A DNA stretch of 64,000 bases from Candidatus Shapirobacteria bacterium (lineage in GTDB: Bacteria > Patescibacteriota > Microgenomatia > UBA12405): contig JBAYFX010000002.1 in assembly GCA_041666965.1 (NCBI GenBank), positions 8,417 through 72,416 on the forward strand, given 5' to 3'. A model generated the notes under the pieces. It was not told the DNA's origin. It ran no database searches and saw nothing but the letters and a program-made list of their open reading frames with translations. The position numbers were made by a program, and so were the translations under genes. Below are positions 39,393-49,405 of the stretch, piece after piece (the first letter of the stretch is position 1; the number at the start of each line of letters is the position of its first letter).

Positions 39393-39851
39393 TTAAATCT
39401 CAAATCGTTCAATCCGCCCCAGTTTCATATTTTCCCCAAATTTAGACACCAGTTCTTTGATTAAGTCATCAATTTTCCGGCTTGGGTCTTTAATATAATC
39501 CTGAGCCAATAATTCAGTCGCGTCTTTAGGATTCATAGCCGCCACTTGAAGGGCTATTTCTCGGGCTACATTCATAAACTCTTCATTTTTAGCCACAAAA
39601 TCAGTTTCGCAAAGCAACTCTACCATCACCCCAATTTTTCCAGTAGTGTGAGTATAGGTAGCTACTCTCCCCTGCCGGGTTTCCCGGTCAGCCTTTTTCT
39701 CCGCTTTCTCGTAACCTTTCTTTTTTAGTATTTCCATTGTTTTGGCCCTGTCGCCCCCGGCTTCCTCAACCGCTGTCTTAATTTCCATCACTCCAAATCC
39801 AGTCGCTTCCCGAATAACCTTTACTAATTCAATTACTTTTTTGTTGTCCAT
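39393..39851 (-). CDS. tsf: Elongation factor Ts (short form)
   Basis: IREATG, ELLCETDFVAK, LLAQDYIKDP, GENM..RFEI. Confidence 0.95.
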   Translation of the reverse strand: MDNKKVIELVKVIREATGFGVMEIKTAVEEAGGDRAKTMEILKKKGYEKAEKKADRETRQGRVATYTHTTGKIGVMVELLCETDFVAKNEEFMNVAREIALQVAAMNPKDATELLAQDYIKDPSRKIDDLIKELVSKFGENMKLGRIERFEI

Positions 39852-39878
39852 ATTTGTTTATTAAATATTAATATAATT

Positions 39879-39948
39879 GAGGCAAACTAATTTTTTGGGC
39901 GCGCAGCGATACCCGAAGGGAAGTTCGAGCACCCAAAAAACGGTTGCC
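39879..39948. repeat. Palindromic repeat family B, copy 2 (rpsB-tsf intergenic)
   Basis: Flanks identical to 39290-39378; central insert CCCGAAGGG. Confidence 0.9.
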
Positions 39949-39964
39949 GAAATTCATAAACTGA

Positions 39965-40885
39965 TTATTTAACCCCAGCCGCTTTAATTGCCCGGCCAAT
40001 TTCCTCAACAATTAATGTCACGGCGTGTACATTATCGTCGTTAGTTGGAATCGCCATGTCAACTATTTCCGGGTTACCGTCAGTGTCCACCATAGCTACA
40101 GTTTTTATTTTCCGCAGTTTGGCTTCCCGAACCGCAGTTTTCTCAAAACCGGCATCCACCAAGAAAATTAAATCAAACAATTTGTCAACATTGCCAATTC
40201 CTCCAACATTTCGCTCGAGTCTGTCAAGTTCTTTGTGAAGTACTGACAATTCTTTTTTGGTTTTGTCGCTGAATTTGTTACCATCCAAACCGTCTTTTAA
40301 ATCCCGATATCTTTTAATGGTTTTTCGAATTTGCTCCCAGTTGGAAATAGTACCACCCAGCCACCGGTCAGTCACATATGGAACTCCGGCGTCAAGCGCT
40401 ACTCTTCGGGTCACTTCACGGGCCATCCTTTTAGTACCTACCATCAATATTTGCTTACCGTTTCTTTTGGCGTTATAAATCATGTCACAAGCCTTCTGTA
40501 AAGCGCCCATGGTTTTAGTTAAGTCAATTATTTCAATTCCGTCTTTGGCGGTGTAAATATTCACTCTGGCTCTTGGATGAGTCTTGCTGACTTTGTGCCC
40601 CAAATGGCATCCGGCCCCAAGCAAGTCTTTAAGTCCAATTGTCAGGTTATATCTTTTGTCCTCAAGTTTTCTTTCTTCTTTTTTAGTTATTTTTACTTCC
40701 TCAGGTTTCGCTTTCTGAGCTTCCAATTTGGTAGCTGCAACTCTGGCTTCATTTAGTTTAGCAATCTGTTCTTTGCTGGTAATCTTTTCAGTCTTTTTCT
40801 CTTTAACAACCAGCGCCGCTTTAGTAATTTTTTTACCGGTGCGGTTGACCGTTTTGACAATTCTTTTTTTGGTGGCTTCTGCCAT
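39965..40885 (-). CDS. rpsB: 30S ribosomal protein S2 with Lys-rich N-terminal extension
   Basis: AGCHLGH, VGTK, RWLGG, PTNDD. Confidence 0.96.
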   Translation of the reverse strand: MAEATKKRIVKTVNRTGKKITKAALVVKEKKTEKITSKEQIAKLNEARVAATKLEAQKAKPEEVKITKKEERKLEDKRYNLTIGLKDLLGAGCHLGHKVSKTHPRARVNIYTAKDGIEIIDLTKTMGALQKACDMIYNAKRNGKQILMVGTKRMAREVTRRVALDAGVPYVTDRWLGGTISNWEQIRKTIKRYRDLKDGLDGNKFSDKTKKELSVLHKELDRLERNVGGIGNVDKLFDLIFLVDAGFEKTAVREAKLRKIKTVAMVDTDGNPEIVDMAIPTNDDNVHAVTLIVEEIGRAIKAAGVK

Positions 40886-40980
40886 AGGTTTTATCCTTTT
40901 TATTTTCCCTTTGAGGGCAATTTATATTACCCAGGATAAATCGGGAAAAAAATCTTTAACCGCCTATTGTATCATGCCCA

Positions 40981-42192
40981 TTAGCTTAATGTCTCACCCA
41001 CCACTGACCTAATTGCTCCAATAACCTGCTGCTCTACATCAGGATTATTCCTACTGCTTCCGTCTTCAAATTTTTCCCATACAGCCGGCTCCGAGCCGAC
41101 AGCATGCACATTAAACAAACGTCCACCCATCGTAACCACCAAAATTCCCCAATCGGCACTCCGGCTTACCCTAATACTTACGCTTATCCCGCCAATAGTT
41201 ACTACCCCGTCTATGTCTTGTCTAGATTCGATAAGCTGATCCCTAACTCTATCTAATAATCCTCTGTCAGCTTTAATTCTTACCTTTTCAACCGCAAACC
41301 TTTGCTCAAGACTGTCCCCTCCGGTAACTATCAGTGGCCGGGTCGGACCTTTAGCATCGACCGCTCCCTCCGCTTTTATCGGTTCCCACACTTTTGTAAA
41401 GTTCTGATCGTCTTTTCTACCACTAAACTCTGCCATCTCCGAACCAAAGAGTCTTATTAATCTCCGCATAGTTTTATTAACCTCGCCCACTGAAAATGTA
41501 TCACTCCCCAATGGTCTAAAAACAACCTCATCATTCACCTGGTTTAATCCCTCTACTTTGAAATTTTTTCCACCATTGTCCAAAACATTCACTCTCGGAT
41601 TATCACCATCACCTCCTTGAATAATTACCATCATCATTTCTCCTCTTCCATCTTCGGTTAGTTGGCAATGTAACACCGTGTGAATACTACCATCTTGGCT
41701 CCTATGCTCTTTACCCCCTAACCTTTGTAATCCGGCTACAATTACTCCAAATCTTGAATCTTCTGGTGTCAAACAAAACTCGCTTCTTGAATTAGTATCA
41801 ACAGTCTTAGCTACCTCTCTTGTCCCCACTGATATTATTTTCGCCTCCGCCGATTTCACTGTTATCTCCTCACCTCCCATTCTCTTTTCAGGTACATAAC
41901 CAGTATCAAGACCTTGCAAACCTTTCGTTTTTCCGGCTGCGCGATTCTTCCTCACCAACTCATCAGTCCAGTTCCAAGCAGACATTCCCCTATCATCCGC
42001 GTCCGCTCCCCCATCTCTCCACCTTAGTCTACTTACTGCTTTAAATATTATTTCACCATTTCCCAAGTTCCTAATTCTAAAAACACCTTGCTCTTGCTCT
42101 CTTTCCTGATATACGATATTTTCATCAATCACCTCCCCCCCAAACCTAACATGATAAACATATTTTTGACCTTCAGGACAATTCTTACACAT
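40981..42192 (-). CDS. Hypothetical protein
   Basis: 403-aa ORF; no recognisable motif. Confidence 0.75.
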   Translation of the reverse strand: MCKNCPEGQKYVYHVRFGGEVIDENIVYQEREQEQGVFRIRNLGNGEIIFKAVSRLRWRDGGADADDRGMSAWNWTDELVRKNRAAGKTKGLQGLDTGYVPEKRMGGEEITVKSAEAKIISVGTREVAKTVDTNSRSEFCLTPEDSRFGVIVAGLQRLGGKEHRSQDGSIHTVLHCQLTEDGRGEMMMVIIQGGDGDNPRVNVLDNGGKNFKVEGLNQVNDEVVFRPLGSDTFSVGEVNKTMRRLIRLFGSEMAEFSGRKDDQNFTKVWEPIKAEGAVDAKGPTRPLIVTGGDSLEQRFAVEKVRIKADRGLLDRVRDQLIESRQDIDGVVTIGGISVSIRVSRSADWGILVVTMGGRLFNVHAVGSEPAVWEKFEDGSSRNNPDVEQQVIGAIRSVVGETLS

Positions 42193-42216
42193 ATGCCAAT
42201 AATATCACAAACTAGA

Positions 42217-42408
42217 TCATGTTTTAACCTTGTTTTCCTCCGTTATGATCAGCCTGGCTTGAGGTAATTCTGGTTTAATCGGAACAATTACTAAACCATT
42301 TGTATCAACTCCTTTTCTCTTCCACCCTCCTAACGGTTCCCATGGTCCTTTTGGTATCTGAAATCCATTATCATTATCTAAAATTTTTTTATAATCATGC
42401 CTTCCCAT
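42217..42408 (-). CDS. Small hypothetical protein
   Basis: 63 aa; TATAAT a few nt upstream of the ATG. Confidence 0.55.
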   Translation of the reverse strand: MGRHDYKKILDNDNGFQIPKGPWEPLGGWKRKGVDTNGLVIVPIKPELPQARLIITEENKVKT

Positions 42409-42468
42409 AATTAATTATACTACGCACCCAGTAAGTACACCGTAAAAATTTAATCAGTATTACTACTT

Positions 42469-43059
42469 TTACAAAAGTCCCATTTTCATCATTTGTACGT
42501 TAAATACTCCCATAACCTTAGTTGCTATTTCACTGGCTTTTGTTATCGACATGTCACACAAATTAAAGACCTTGAAACTAGTCAATTGCGCATCTTTCAC
42601 CACAAAACTCAAACCATACCAGTTTTCCCCTGTTCTTACTCTAAGTAAAAACTGATCCTCTACCTTATCCCATTGCGCAACAAATTGATCATCAGGATTC
42701 ATACCAAATATCAAGGAAACACCATTGTAACCAGCCATAGTCAAACTTTTTAATGTGCTACGCATTAGTAAAATCCTATACCAATCATTTTCCCCTATTC
42801 CCGCATCAATCATTTGATTTCTTAATTCATTACTGGTGCCGCTCCATTTTAAAGCTGCTCCGGTTTTATCATATTTAGCTATAGAATAAGTAGGGTCTCT
42901 TAGTCGAATCCCTTCCCCTACAGGGTATGGCAAGCTCCCATCGTCCACAGCCGCCCCAAATCCAAAACATTTTGGGGATAGTTGTACCCCCTTTCCCCAC
43001 AAAGTCGGCCCGTCACTTCCTCTAATCTTACTTTCAATATCTCCAAAACTCATCACCAA
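42469..43059 (-). CDS. Orphan family protein (one G-x-x-x-E/D-W domain)
   Basis: DAGIGENDWYRIL..AQWD. Confidence 0.75.
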   Translation of the reverse strand: MVMSFGDIESKIRGSDGPTLWGKGVQLSPKCFGFGAAVDDGSLPYPVGEGIRLRDPTYSIAKYDKTGAALKWSGTSNELRNQMIDAGIGENDWYRILLMRSTLKSLTMAGYNGVSLIFGMNPDDQFVAQWDKVEDQFLLRVRTGENWYGLSFVVKDAQLTSFKVFNLCDMSITKASEIATKVMGVFNVQMMKMGLL

Positions 43060-43103
43060 TTATACCATATATAAACCTATAATATATTAAAACTTCTACA
43101 CCC

Positions 43104-43790
43104 TCACCCTAAAGTAGATTGACCATAATAACCATCTTTTCCCGCTAAATCTACTGTAGTTTCTGGATTATTTATTATACTGGGCAACAAAGCCATTATT
43201 TTGTCTATCCCAATTCGTTTTTTACCATTTTCTAATCTAGAATCTCTACCTTCAACTGTAAATTCAACTAACTTACTTCTCTCAAATTTACAGTCCACCA
43301 GTACACTATCAGGATTATCAATTTCACTTACAATCATTCTCAAATTTTTTGTGGAATTATCCCAAAACAGTATTAGTCTATTTCCGCTCTCTCCTATCAA
43401 CTTATTAATTAATGCTGATTCCAATCCTTCAATACGTGAGACCTTATCTTCTAATTTATTTGTTAACCTCATAATCATTTCCCATCTCTCTTGGTTTATT
43501 CCTACTCCCTCCATCATCATAGCCAACCCATAATTATCCATACCTTCCCACAGCTTCGACCACTCTTCTTGTTGCAATGGGCCCCCTACCCCCTGAGTCT
43601 GGTTTTCTACCATATCAGTCAAACCGTGTACAAAAGTCATTGATCCTTCCCCGGGTGGATAACCCCCCACAGTCGGCCGCGTCCAAACACCTATCAATCC
43701 CCATCTTAAAACGAAATCAGCGCCTTGCCCCAAACTCCACTCCCCATCTCCTAATGTGCCCCTTGGGCTCACTTCGTAAATCATCGACAA
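43104..43790 (-). CDS. Orphan family protein (one domain)
   Basis: EGVGINQERWEMI..LFWD. Confidence 0.75.
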   Translation of the reverse strand: MSMIYEVSPRGTLGDGEWSLGQGADFVLRWGLIGVWTRPTVGGYPPGEGSMTFVHGLTDMVENQTQGVGGPLQQEEWSKLWEGMDNYGLAMMMEGVGINQERWEMIMRLTNKLEDKVSRIEGLESALINKLIGESGNRLILFWDNSTKNLRMIVSEIDNPDSVLVDCKFERSKLVEFTVEGRDSRLENGKKRIGIDKIMALLPSIINNPETTVDLAGKDGYYGQSTLG

Positions 43791-43815
43791 TTATAGCATA
43801 AGTAAACCTATAATA

Positions 43816-44979
43816 TTAGTTTTTATTATCGTACCACCTAGGCAAGTCCACCCCAAAACACCCAATTACCCCATCACCCTCAACTTCTTTAAACATTGAA
43901 TTAAGATGAACCAGTTTTATCTCTCCTAACCCACCCTCCGTTACACAACAAGACAGCATTTCCACTGCTTTTCTCATTTTTGTTCTTATTCTCCAGTCTA
44001 CCGACTCAACCCCTTTTCCTGTTTGATTCATCAAATTCACTAATACCACCTCTCCCTCCTCATCAAAATTCGCTATTATTTTCCAATTTTCATTTGTAAC
44101 TTTATCTTGAATCACGATTCTTAATATTCTGTCATTTGACTCCCAAGCTCCAATCGCTTTATTAGTTTCTCCGTCTGCTACTAAAATTCCCACATCCGCA
44201 CCCGCATCATAATATAAAGAATTCTCAAGCATCCCTTTTACCCCATAAATCCCATCCAAATCCCCTTGGTTAAAACCCAACCCTTCTAATCTTTTTCTAA
44301 CTTGATATGACGTCCCCTCTTCCCACCCGCCCCCACTCATTTCCTGTTCTTCACGTAACTCAGTTATGTTTTCTTTGGCTGCTTTATGTACTACCTGCCA
44401 CATACTACTCCAATCAAAACCCTCTTTAATATCACCATCTATCTCAGTTACCCTGTCACCCTCAAACCTTACTCTAACTTTTGCTAAAGTTTCACCCTCT
44501 TCTTCTGGCTCCAATTCAATTCTCAAAACTCCATCATCAGCATAACTTGCCAGTAATTTACGGTCCCCTATTCGGTAAGTTAAATATCCAACCTCTCCGC
44601 TCGCCATATCAGTCCCAATTTGTTTTTTTATATCAACCACGCTTAAAAATGCCGCACCCCCCAACTTCATTTCCACCAGCTTACGTTTATCCAATCCACT
44701 AGGTTTCAAAGTCAATGTCTCCGCTTGGGGCATTACTTCACCCTCCACTTTCAGAGTCTCCATAGCTTCTCTAAAGGCCATTTCGTTTTCAATACCTTCC
44801 ATTAAACTCTCCCGGCTTCTCATTGCCCTGGTTACTTCTGGTAATTTTGGTCTTGGTCCGTCCCCCGTCGGATATTCCATTCCTGTTACTCGTGTCCTAA
44901 ATTGACTCAAGCACCCGGCTACTTGCCAACCAAGAGGGTTATACCCTCTCTTTCCTTCACCGCTTTCTATTTTAGCCAT
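43816..44979 (-). CDS. Orphan family protein
   Basis: EGLGFNQGDLDGI..GAWE..NFDEEG. Confidence 0.75.
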   Translation of the reverse strand: MAKIESGEGKRGYNPLGWQVAGCLSQFRTRVTGMEYPTGDGPRPKLPEVTRAMRSRESLMEGIENEMAFREAMETLKVEGEVMPQAETLTLKPSGLDKRKLVEMKLGGAAFLSVVDIKKQIGTDMASGEVGYLTYRIGDRKLLASYADDGVLRIELEPEEEGETLAKVRVRFEGDRVTEIDGDIKEGFDWSSMWQVVHKAAKENITELREEQEMSGGGWEEGTSYQVRKRLEGLGFNQGDLDGIYGVKGMLENSLYYDAGADVGILVADGETNKAIGAWESNDRILRIVIQDKVTNENWKIIANFDEEGEVVLVNLMNQTGKGVESVDWRIRTKMRKAVEMLSCCVTEGGLGEIKLVHLNSMFKEVEGDGVIGCFGVDLPRWYDNKN

Positions 44980-45251
44980 TAGTTACTTGGGTGGTACATG
45001 CCCACCCTTGCCCCTAATTTAACTGCATAATCGATTAGGAGTAAATCATCTGTCACCCTGAGTCCCTTTAAATTCAGTTGTATGTCACCTCCACCTCTTG
45101 GTTGTGGTAAATCTGCCACTACCAACTCAGTTGTCAACCCATATTCACCAATACACTTTCGGCAGGCGTCAACCGGCTCTCTTCTCCCCCCTGCTTCCAC
45201 CACCGCCAATCCAACTCCGATTTCAGTTTTGCAAAATGTACATTTACTCAT
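44979..45251 (-). CDS. Small zinc-ribbon protein
   Basis: CTFC...CRKC; translationally coupled to its neighbours. Confidence 0.65.
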   Translation of the reverse strand: MSKCTFCKTEIGVGLAVVEAGGRREPVDACRKCIGEYGLTTELVVADLPQPRGGGDIQLNLKGLRVTDDLLLIDYAVKLGARVGMYHPSN

Positions 45252-45253
45252 AA

Positions 45254-46246
45254 TTAATTCAAATTTAAATTTATAATTCGTCCATTAGTTACAACTGTAT
45301 CTTCCTTCCCCCCATAAACTCCAAACCTATCAACTTTACTTGGATCAACCCATCCCAAGTCAGGTTTAGGGTCATCTACAAATTCAAAGACCGGAATCTC
45401 TTCTTTCTGTGTCTTCTCTTGTTCTAGTTCTACTACTTTCCAATCAGAAGTAACCAACCCGCAAATCAGACCTGTTTCAGCTCCCTCTTCTCCCAGTTCT
45501 CCGCCCTCAGCCTCTTCAATTATCTCAATTCCCCTAATACTCTCCGCTTCTCCGTACTCCATTAAGTGGTTCAAAAAACTACTCACTATTCCTCTTTGAA
45601 CCTCATCAGGCAAACTACCCGCCTGGGTAATAAACGCAAATGCCTCAACTTCCCCGCTCTCACCAAACCCAAAGCTAATCCCAAAATCTTCCATCGAGTC
45701 GTCACTCCAAACAACTGCCAAAGTCCCCTCCGCCCTATCCCACATCACCGAAGCATCAAAACTTCCAGCAGCTAAAAATGCACAGGCGACCTGCTCCATA
45801 CCATTAAGCGCTTTGCCTAATTCCTTCTTAAAATACAATATTCTGGCCCAACTTTCCGGACCAAACCCAAATCCTTCCATCTCCGTTCGGAAATCCCCCA
45901 GCTTCCTCCATTCAATTTCCCTTTCAATTACCTTCAAGCCTTCGTATTTGGGCATATCCGTTACCGGTACTCCCATTCCGGCATAAACGCACAACGATTC
46001 TTCCCAAACTCTAAAAGCCTCTTCCATTTTTAAAAACCGCACTGGCAATACCGGGTCAATCCCTTCCTTCTCCCTCCTGAACCCTACTCCCTTCAGACTC
46101 TCTCCAGTTGCGCCCCCCCCTGCCACGTCCATAACTAACTGCGAATATGGCCTCAACGCCACTCCATCATGACCCTCCCTCCTTTCACTTTTATCTTCAC
46201 CTCTTATTTCTTTTTCTAAATCTCCCATCAGTTTCTCCCCCACCAA
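45254..46246 (-). CDS. Orphan family protein (one domain)
   Basis: EGFGFGPESWARIL..VMWD..FGESGE. Confidence 0.75.
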   Translation of the reverse strand: MVGEKLMGDLEKEIRGEDKSERREGHDGVALRPYSQLVMDVAGGGATGESLKGVGFRREKEGIDPVLPVRFLKMEEAFRVWEESLCVYAGMGVPVTDMPKYEGLKVIEREIEWRKLGDFRTEMEGFGFGPESWARILYFKKELGKALNGMEQVACAFLAAGSFDASVMWDRAEGTLAVVWSDDSMEDFGISFGFGESGEVEAFAFITQAGSLPDEVQRGIVSSFLNHLMEYGEAESIRGIEIIEEAEGGELGEEGAETGLICGLVTSDWKVVELEQEKTQKEEIPVFEFVDDPKPDLGWVDPSKVDRFGVYGGKEDTVVTNGRIINLNLN

Positions 46247-48156
46247 CTACTAATAACTAATCTAGGAGCAAGTTCTTTTATTGTAATTCTTTGCAAACTT
46301 TTCTCACCCATAACACCCCTTAATTCCCAATCAACTGGAAATTCACCTTTGGTCGTGTCATCCACTCTTTTCTCCTTTTTGGGAATAACTTCACAACTCC
46401 AATCATCCTGTTTTGCCGCCATTTCCCCCAATAGTGCCAACCCCATACCCACTTTTCTATTTTGCCACCTTTTTCCCTTTCCCTCTGTTAGTTCCATATC
46501 CCACGCCGCCAATTCTCCACTTTCGTCAAACATAAAATGTAACCTATGTACTTCTTCCCCCTTTCTCCAACCTACCTCTACAAACCCCGGCTTTTCCCCG
46601 CTTACCCAAACCGTATGTTTTCTCAGTTCTGTTTTCAGTTTTATTACTGTACCCTCTGGCTCGTTTATCAAACTTTTTTCAATCCCTCCGGCCATTACCA
46701 CTAAGTCGTACCACCGCTCATGAGTAAACCCCGCCTCCTCCAAAGCTTGCTGAAACTCCCCTACTTTGCTCCAAACCACACCTAGTTGGCTCTCCAGTTT
46801 CTTGTCATTACCTTTATTTAATCCAATTACCCACGACCCTTTAGCTCTGAAAATTTTTGAAGTTAATGTTTCTTCACAAAAGTAATTTGGTTCTGCCTCA
46901 AGAGGTTCGTTTTTAGGTCTAAATCCCCAAAACTTTGCTTCGTGATTTTTCTCCACCCAGCACCGTCCTCCGTCCCTTTCCTCAACCCTAGGTCTCCTCT
47001 CTGCTCTAGGCCCCACTTCTTCCAGCTCAACCAAATTAATATCAATATTCGTCTCTTCCGTCTTCATTAGTCGCATTATGGCCCTTACCTCACCAATTCC
47101 TTCCACCCATTCATCTTTTGGGTACTCTTCACCGTTCCTTTCCACCGTTAACATCGCCAAGTCACCCGCCTTGTCAAACATAAAAGTCAGTGTCTTTTCC
47201 TCACCCTGCCCCGCCCTGTCCCAAATCAGTGTCAACCGGCATTTTCCTTGTTCCCACTCCAACCCAATTACCTTTTCTCCAATGGTAATCTCTCCCACTG
47301 CCATTTTATTACTCTCACCTACAAGTTTAGCTTCCCCAATATCTTTTAGATGAAGTACGTTTACCCAATCTTCGTGTTCAATACCGCAGTCATTTAACAA
47401 CTGCTGTCTTTTACCAACATTTTCCCAAGTCTCAGGCTCCCCTTCACCTAATTGGTCAACTACCAAAGTTCCTTCAGTTGCTAACTGCTGTTCGGTAAAT
47501 GCTCCAATGTCATAAATCAAACTACTTCTGTCCACCTTCTTCATTTTGGCAAGTAATTTCTCTATAACAGTTTTTCTTGTTTCTAAGTCTCCTACCGACT
47601 CTGTGTCAATTTGCAAATCCAAGCACTCAAAGCCACCTTCTTTGCTAAAGCCAATACACAACGAATGCCATCTCAACTCCTCATTATTCCAAAAAATATT
47701 TAGCGAACTCTCGTCCACATCCCATTGAGCCCCCACCTCTTCTCTATTAATCCTTAAATTCCCACTAGAAATAATTTGTTTTTTGTCGCTATCAATAACT
47801 ATCCTTAACTCTTGGCGTAAATACAACACATCCGCCCAAGCTTCCCGGTCAAAGCCGTTTTTCACCAATTCCTCTCCCGCTTTAGTTCCCTTCATTTGAT
47901 CCCAACTACTACTAAAGTCATTTTCTGTCCGATATGGCCATCTGGTCCAAGGCACTTCGTCTCCTCCATGGGCCGCCAAACAAAACTGTACATCTACTCC
48001 CCAAGACTGCTCAAGGTCCGCAATTATTCTTGGAAACAAGTCACTAGAATATGCCGATTCAGCCCCCGGTTCCAATGCTTCCCTAACACATCCCGTTACC
48101 GGTCTGAGCGCCAAACCATCATTCCCCTCAACCCTGCCCATTTTTTTCTCCCCCAT
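46228..48156 (-). CDS. Orphan family protein (three tandem domains)
   Basis: NGFDREAW / CGIEHEDW / AGFTHERW, each followed by F[SD]KEG, FDKAG or FDESG. Confidence 0.8.
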   Translation of the reverse strand: MGEKKMGRVEGNDGLALRPVTGCVREALEPGAESAYSSDLFPRIIADLEQSWGVDVQFCLAAHGGDEVPWTRWPYRTENDFSSSWDQMKGTKAGEELVKNGFDREAWADVLYLRQELRIVIDSDKKQIISSGNLRINREEVGAQWDVDESSLNIFWNNEELRWHSLCIGFSKEGGFECLDLQIDTESVGDLETRKTVIEKLLAKMKKVDRSSLIYDIGAFTEQQLATEGTLVVDQLGEGEPETWENVGKRQQLLNDCGIEHEDWVNVLHLKDIGEAKLVGESNKMAVGEITIGEKVIGLEWEQGKCRLTLIWDRAGQGEEKTLTFMFDKAGDLAMLTVERNGEEYPKDEWVEGIGEVRAIMRLMKTEETNIDINLVELEEVGPRAERRPRVEERDGGRCWVEKNHEAKFWGFRPKNEPLEAEPNYFCEETLTSKIFRAKGSWVIGLNKGNDKKLESQLGVVWSKVGEFQQALEEAGFTHERWYDLVVMAGGIEKSLINEPEGTVIKLKTELRKHTVWVSGEKPGFVEVGWRKGEEVHRLHFMFDESGELAAWDMELTEGKGKRWQNRKVGMGLALLGEMAAKQDDWSCEVIPKKEKRVDDTTKGEFPVDWELRGVMGEKSLQRITIKELAPRLVISSWWGRN

Positions 48157-49183
48157 TTTTTATAAACGCATCTAATGCCAACACTAATTGGGGTACTTCC
48201 GCCATTAATCGCAATCTTTCAACTAAACTCATTGGTTTTGTGCCTCTATTAGCTACAAATTTCACCGCACTCTCCTCTCGTATATCAAATTTCTCTTTTG
48301 TTTTACCTACCTTAAAACACATTTGAAATCCTCCCGGTCTGCCATCCAGCGTGCTCGAAATCATCAGGGTTGTCTCGCCCCCCTCAAACTGCCCCAACCA
48401 TAGTCCTCTTGCCTCACTTTCCGTTACTTTAATAGCCATCCCTCTGCCTCCGTCCTCATCTGGTGGCAAATCCTCCAAATTCACCACTAAATCTTCTAAA
48501 TGTTCACGACCAGACAGTTCCATTCCTCTATTGTCCTGAGCCGAGGTCTTTTCTTCTTCCCGTCCCATTTCAGCCAATAATTCTGGAATCCAAGCCAAAA
48601 TCGCTACTTTTTCTCCCCGACACAATTCCCTCTTTTCACCTGTAGGGGTTGCTAATTCATAGCATTCTCCTTCAACATATTTTAATCCCTCCCCCTCCCC
48701 CCTTTTAATCCCAAGAACCATTCGCTGTTCACTTTCACCCTTATTTACTGTAATTTCAATTCGACTTCTTCTTTTTGTAGTTACGTCCATAAAGGCTCGA
48801 ACCCCAATCTCCCCGGCTTGTAACTCCACCTCAGTTCTTTTTCCGTCTTCTTCTTCTAGAAGCCTTCCAGTCATGGCTTGGGCCAGGTCATTAATCCACT
48901 CCTGTTCAACCCCTCCTCTCCTTATCTCAGGATCAACCTCATCTCGTAGACCCCAAACCACTGTCATAATACGAGTCACTAATTCTCCTTCTATTGGTAC
49001 AGCTCCATTAAGTGCCGCCTCCCGAAACCCACCTCTGAAAAAAGTAGTGCCAGATCCATGTTCTGGTGTGTCTAATAGAAAAAGATTTCGCGTCCCCTTA
49101 CCAATTTCACCCGCCCCCGTCTTCAATCCATCATCATTTTTTAGTGTTCTACCTTTTCCAATATTTCGGAAATACTCAGCCAC
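48128..49183 (-). CDS. Hypothetical protein with internal duplication
   Basis: LCRGEKVAILAWIPELL versus MSLVERLRLMAEVPQLV. Confidence 0.75.
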   Translation of the reverse strand: MAEYFRNIGKGRTLKNDDGLKTGAGEIGKGTRNLFLLDTPEHGSGTTFFRGGFREAALNGAVPIEGELVTRIMTVVWGLRDEVDPEIRRGGVEQEWINDLAQAMTGRLLEEEDGKRTEVELQAGEIGVRAFMDVTTKRRSRIEITVNKGESEQRMVLGIKRGEGEGLKYVEGECYELATPTGEKRELCRGEKVAILAWIPELLAEMGREEEKTSAQDNRGMELSGREHLEDLVVNLEDLPPDEDGGRGMAIKVTESEARGLWLGQFEGGETTLMISSTLDGRPGGFQMCFKVGKTKEKFDIREESAVKFVANRGTKPMSLVERLRLMAEVPQLVLALDAFIKNGGEKNGQG

Positions 49184-49405
49184 TCCGGTTCCTTTGCTTT
49201 AAACCCAATAAATTATTACGTTCCATAATCCGGTTGAATATAAGCACTAATTTTTTGCCCGTGTAATCTATCCCTGTTTGGTCCACAAACTCCGCTAACA
49301 TTCAAGGATTGTGAAAGTGTTCCCTGGTAAACAATTATTCCCATCTCAACTCCGGTAGTTTCTCTTCCCTTTTTTAAACAGATATTTGACATTGTTTTGT
49401 TTTAA

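Noticed and set aside
39290-39948. CRISPR array
   Set aside because: Only two long copies separated by a full gene; no repeat-spacer periodicity and no cas genes anywhere in the window
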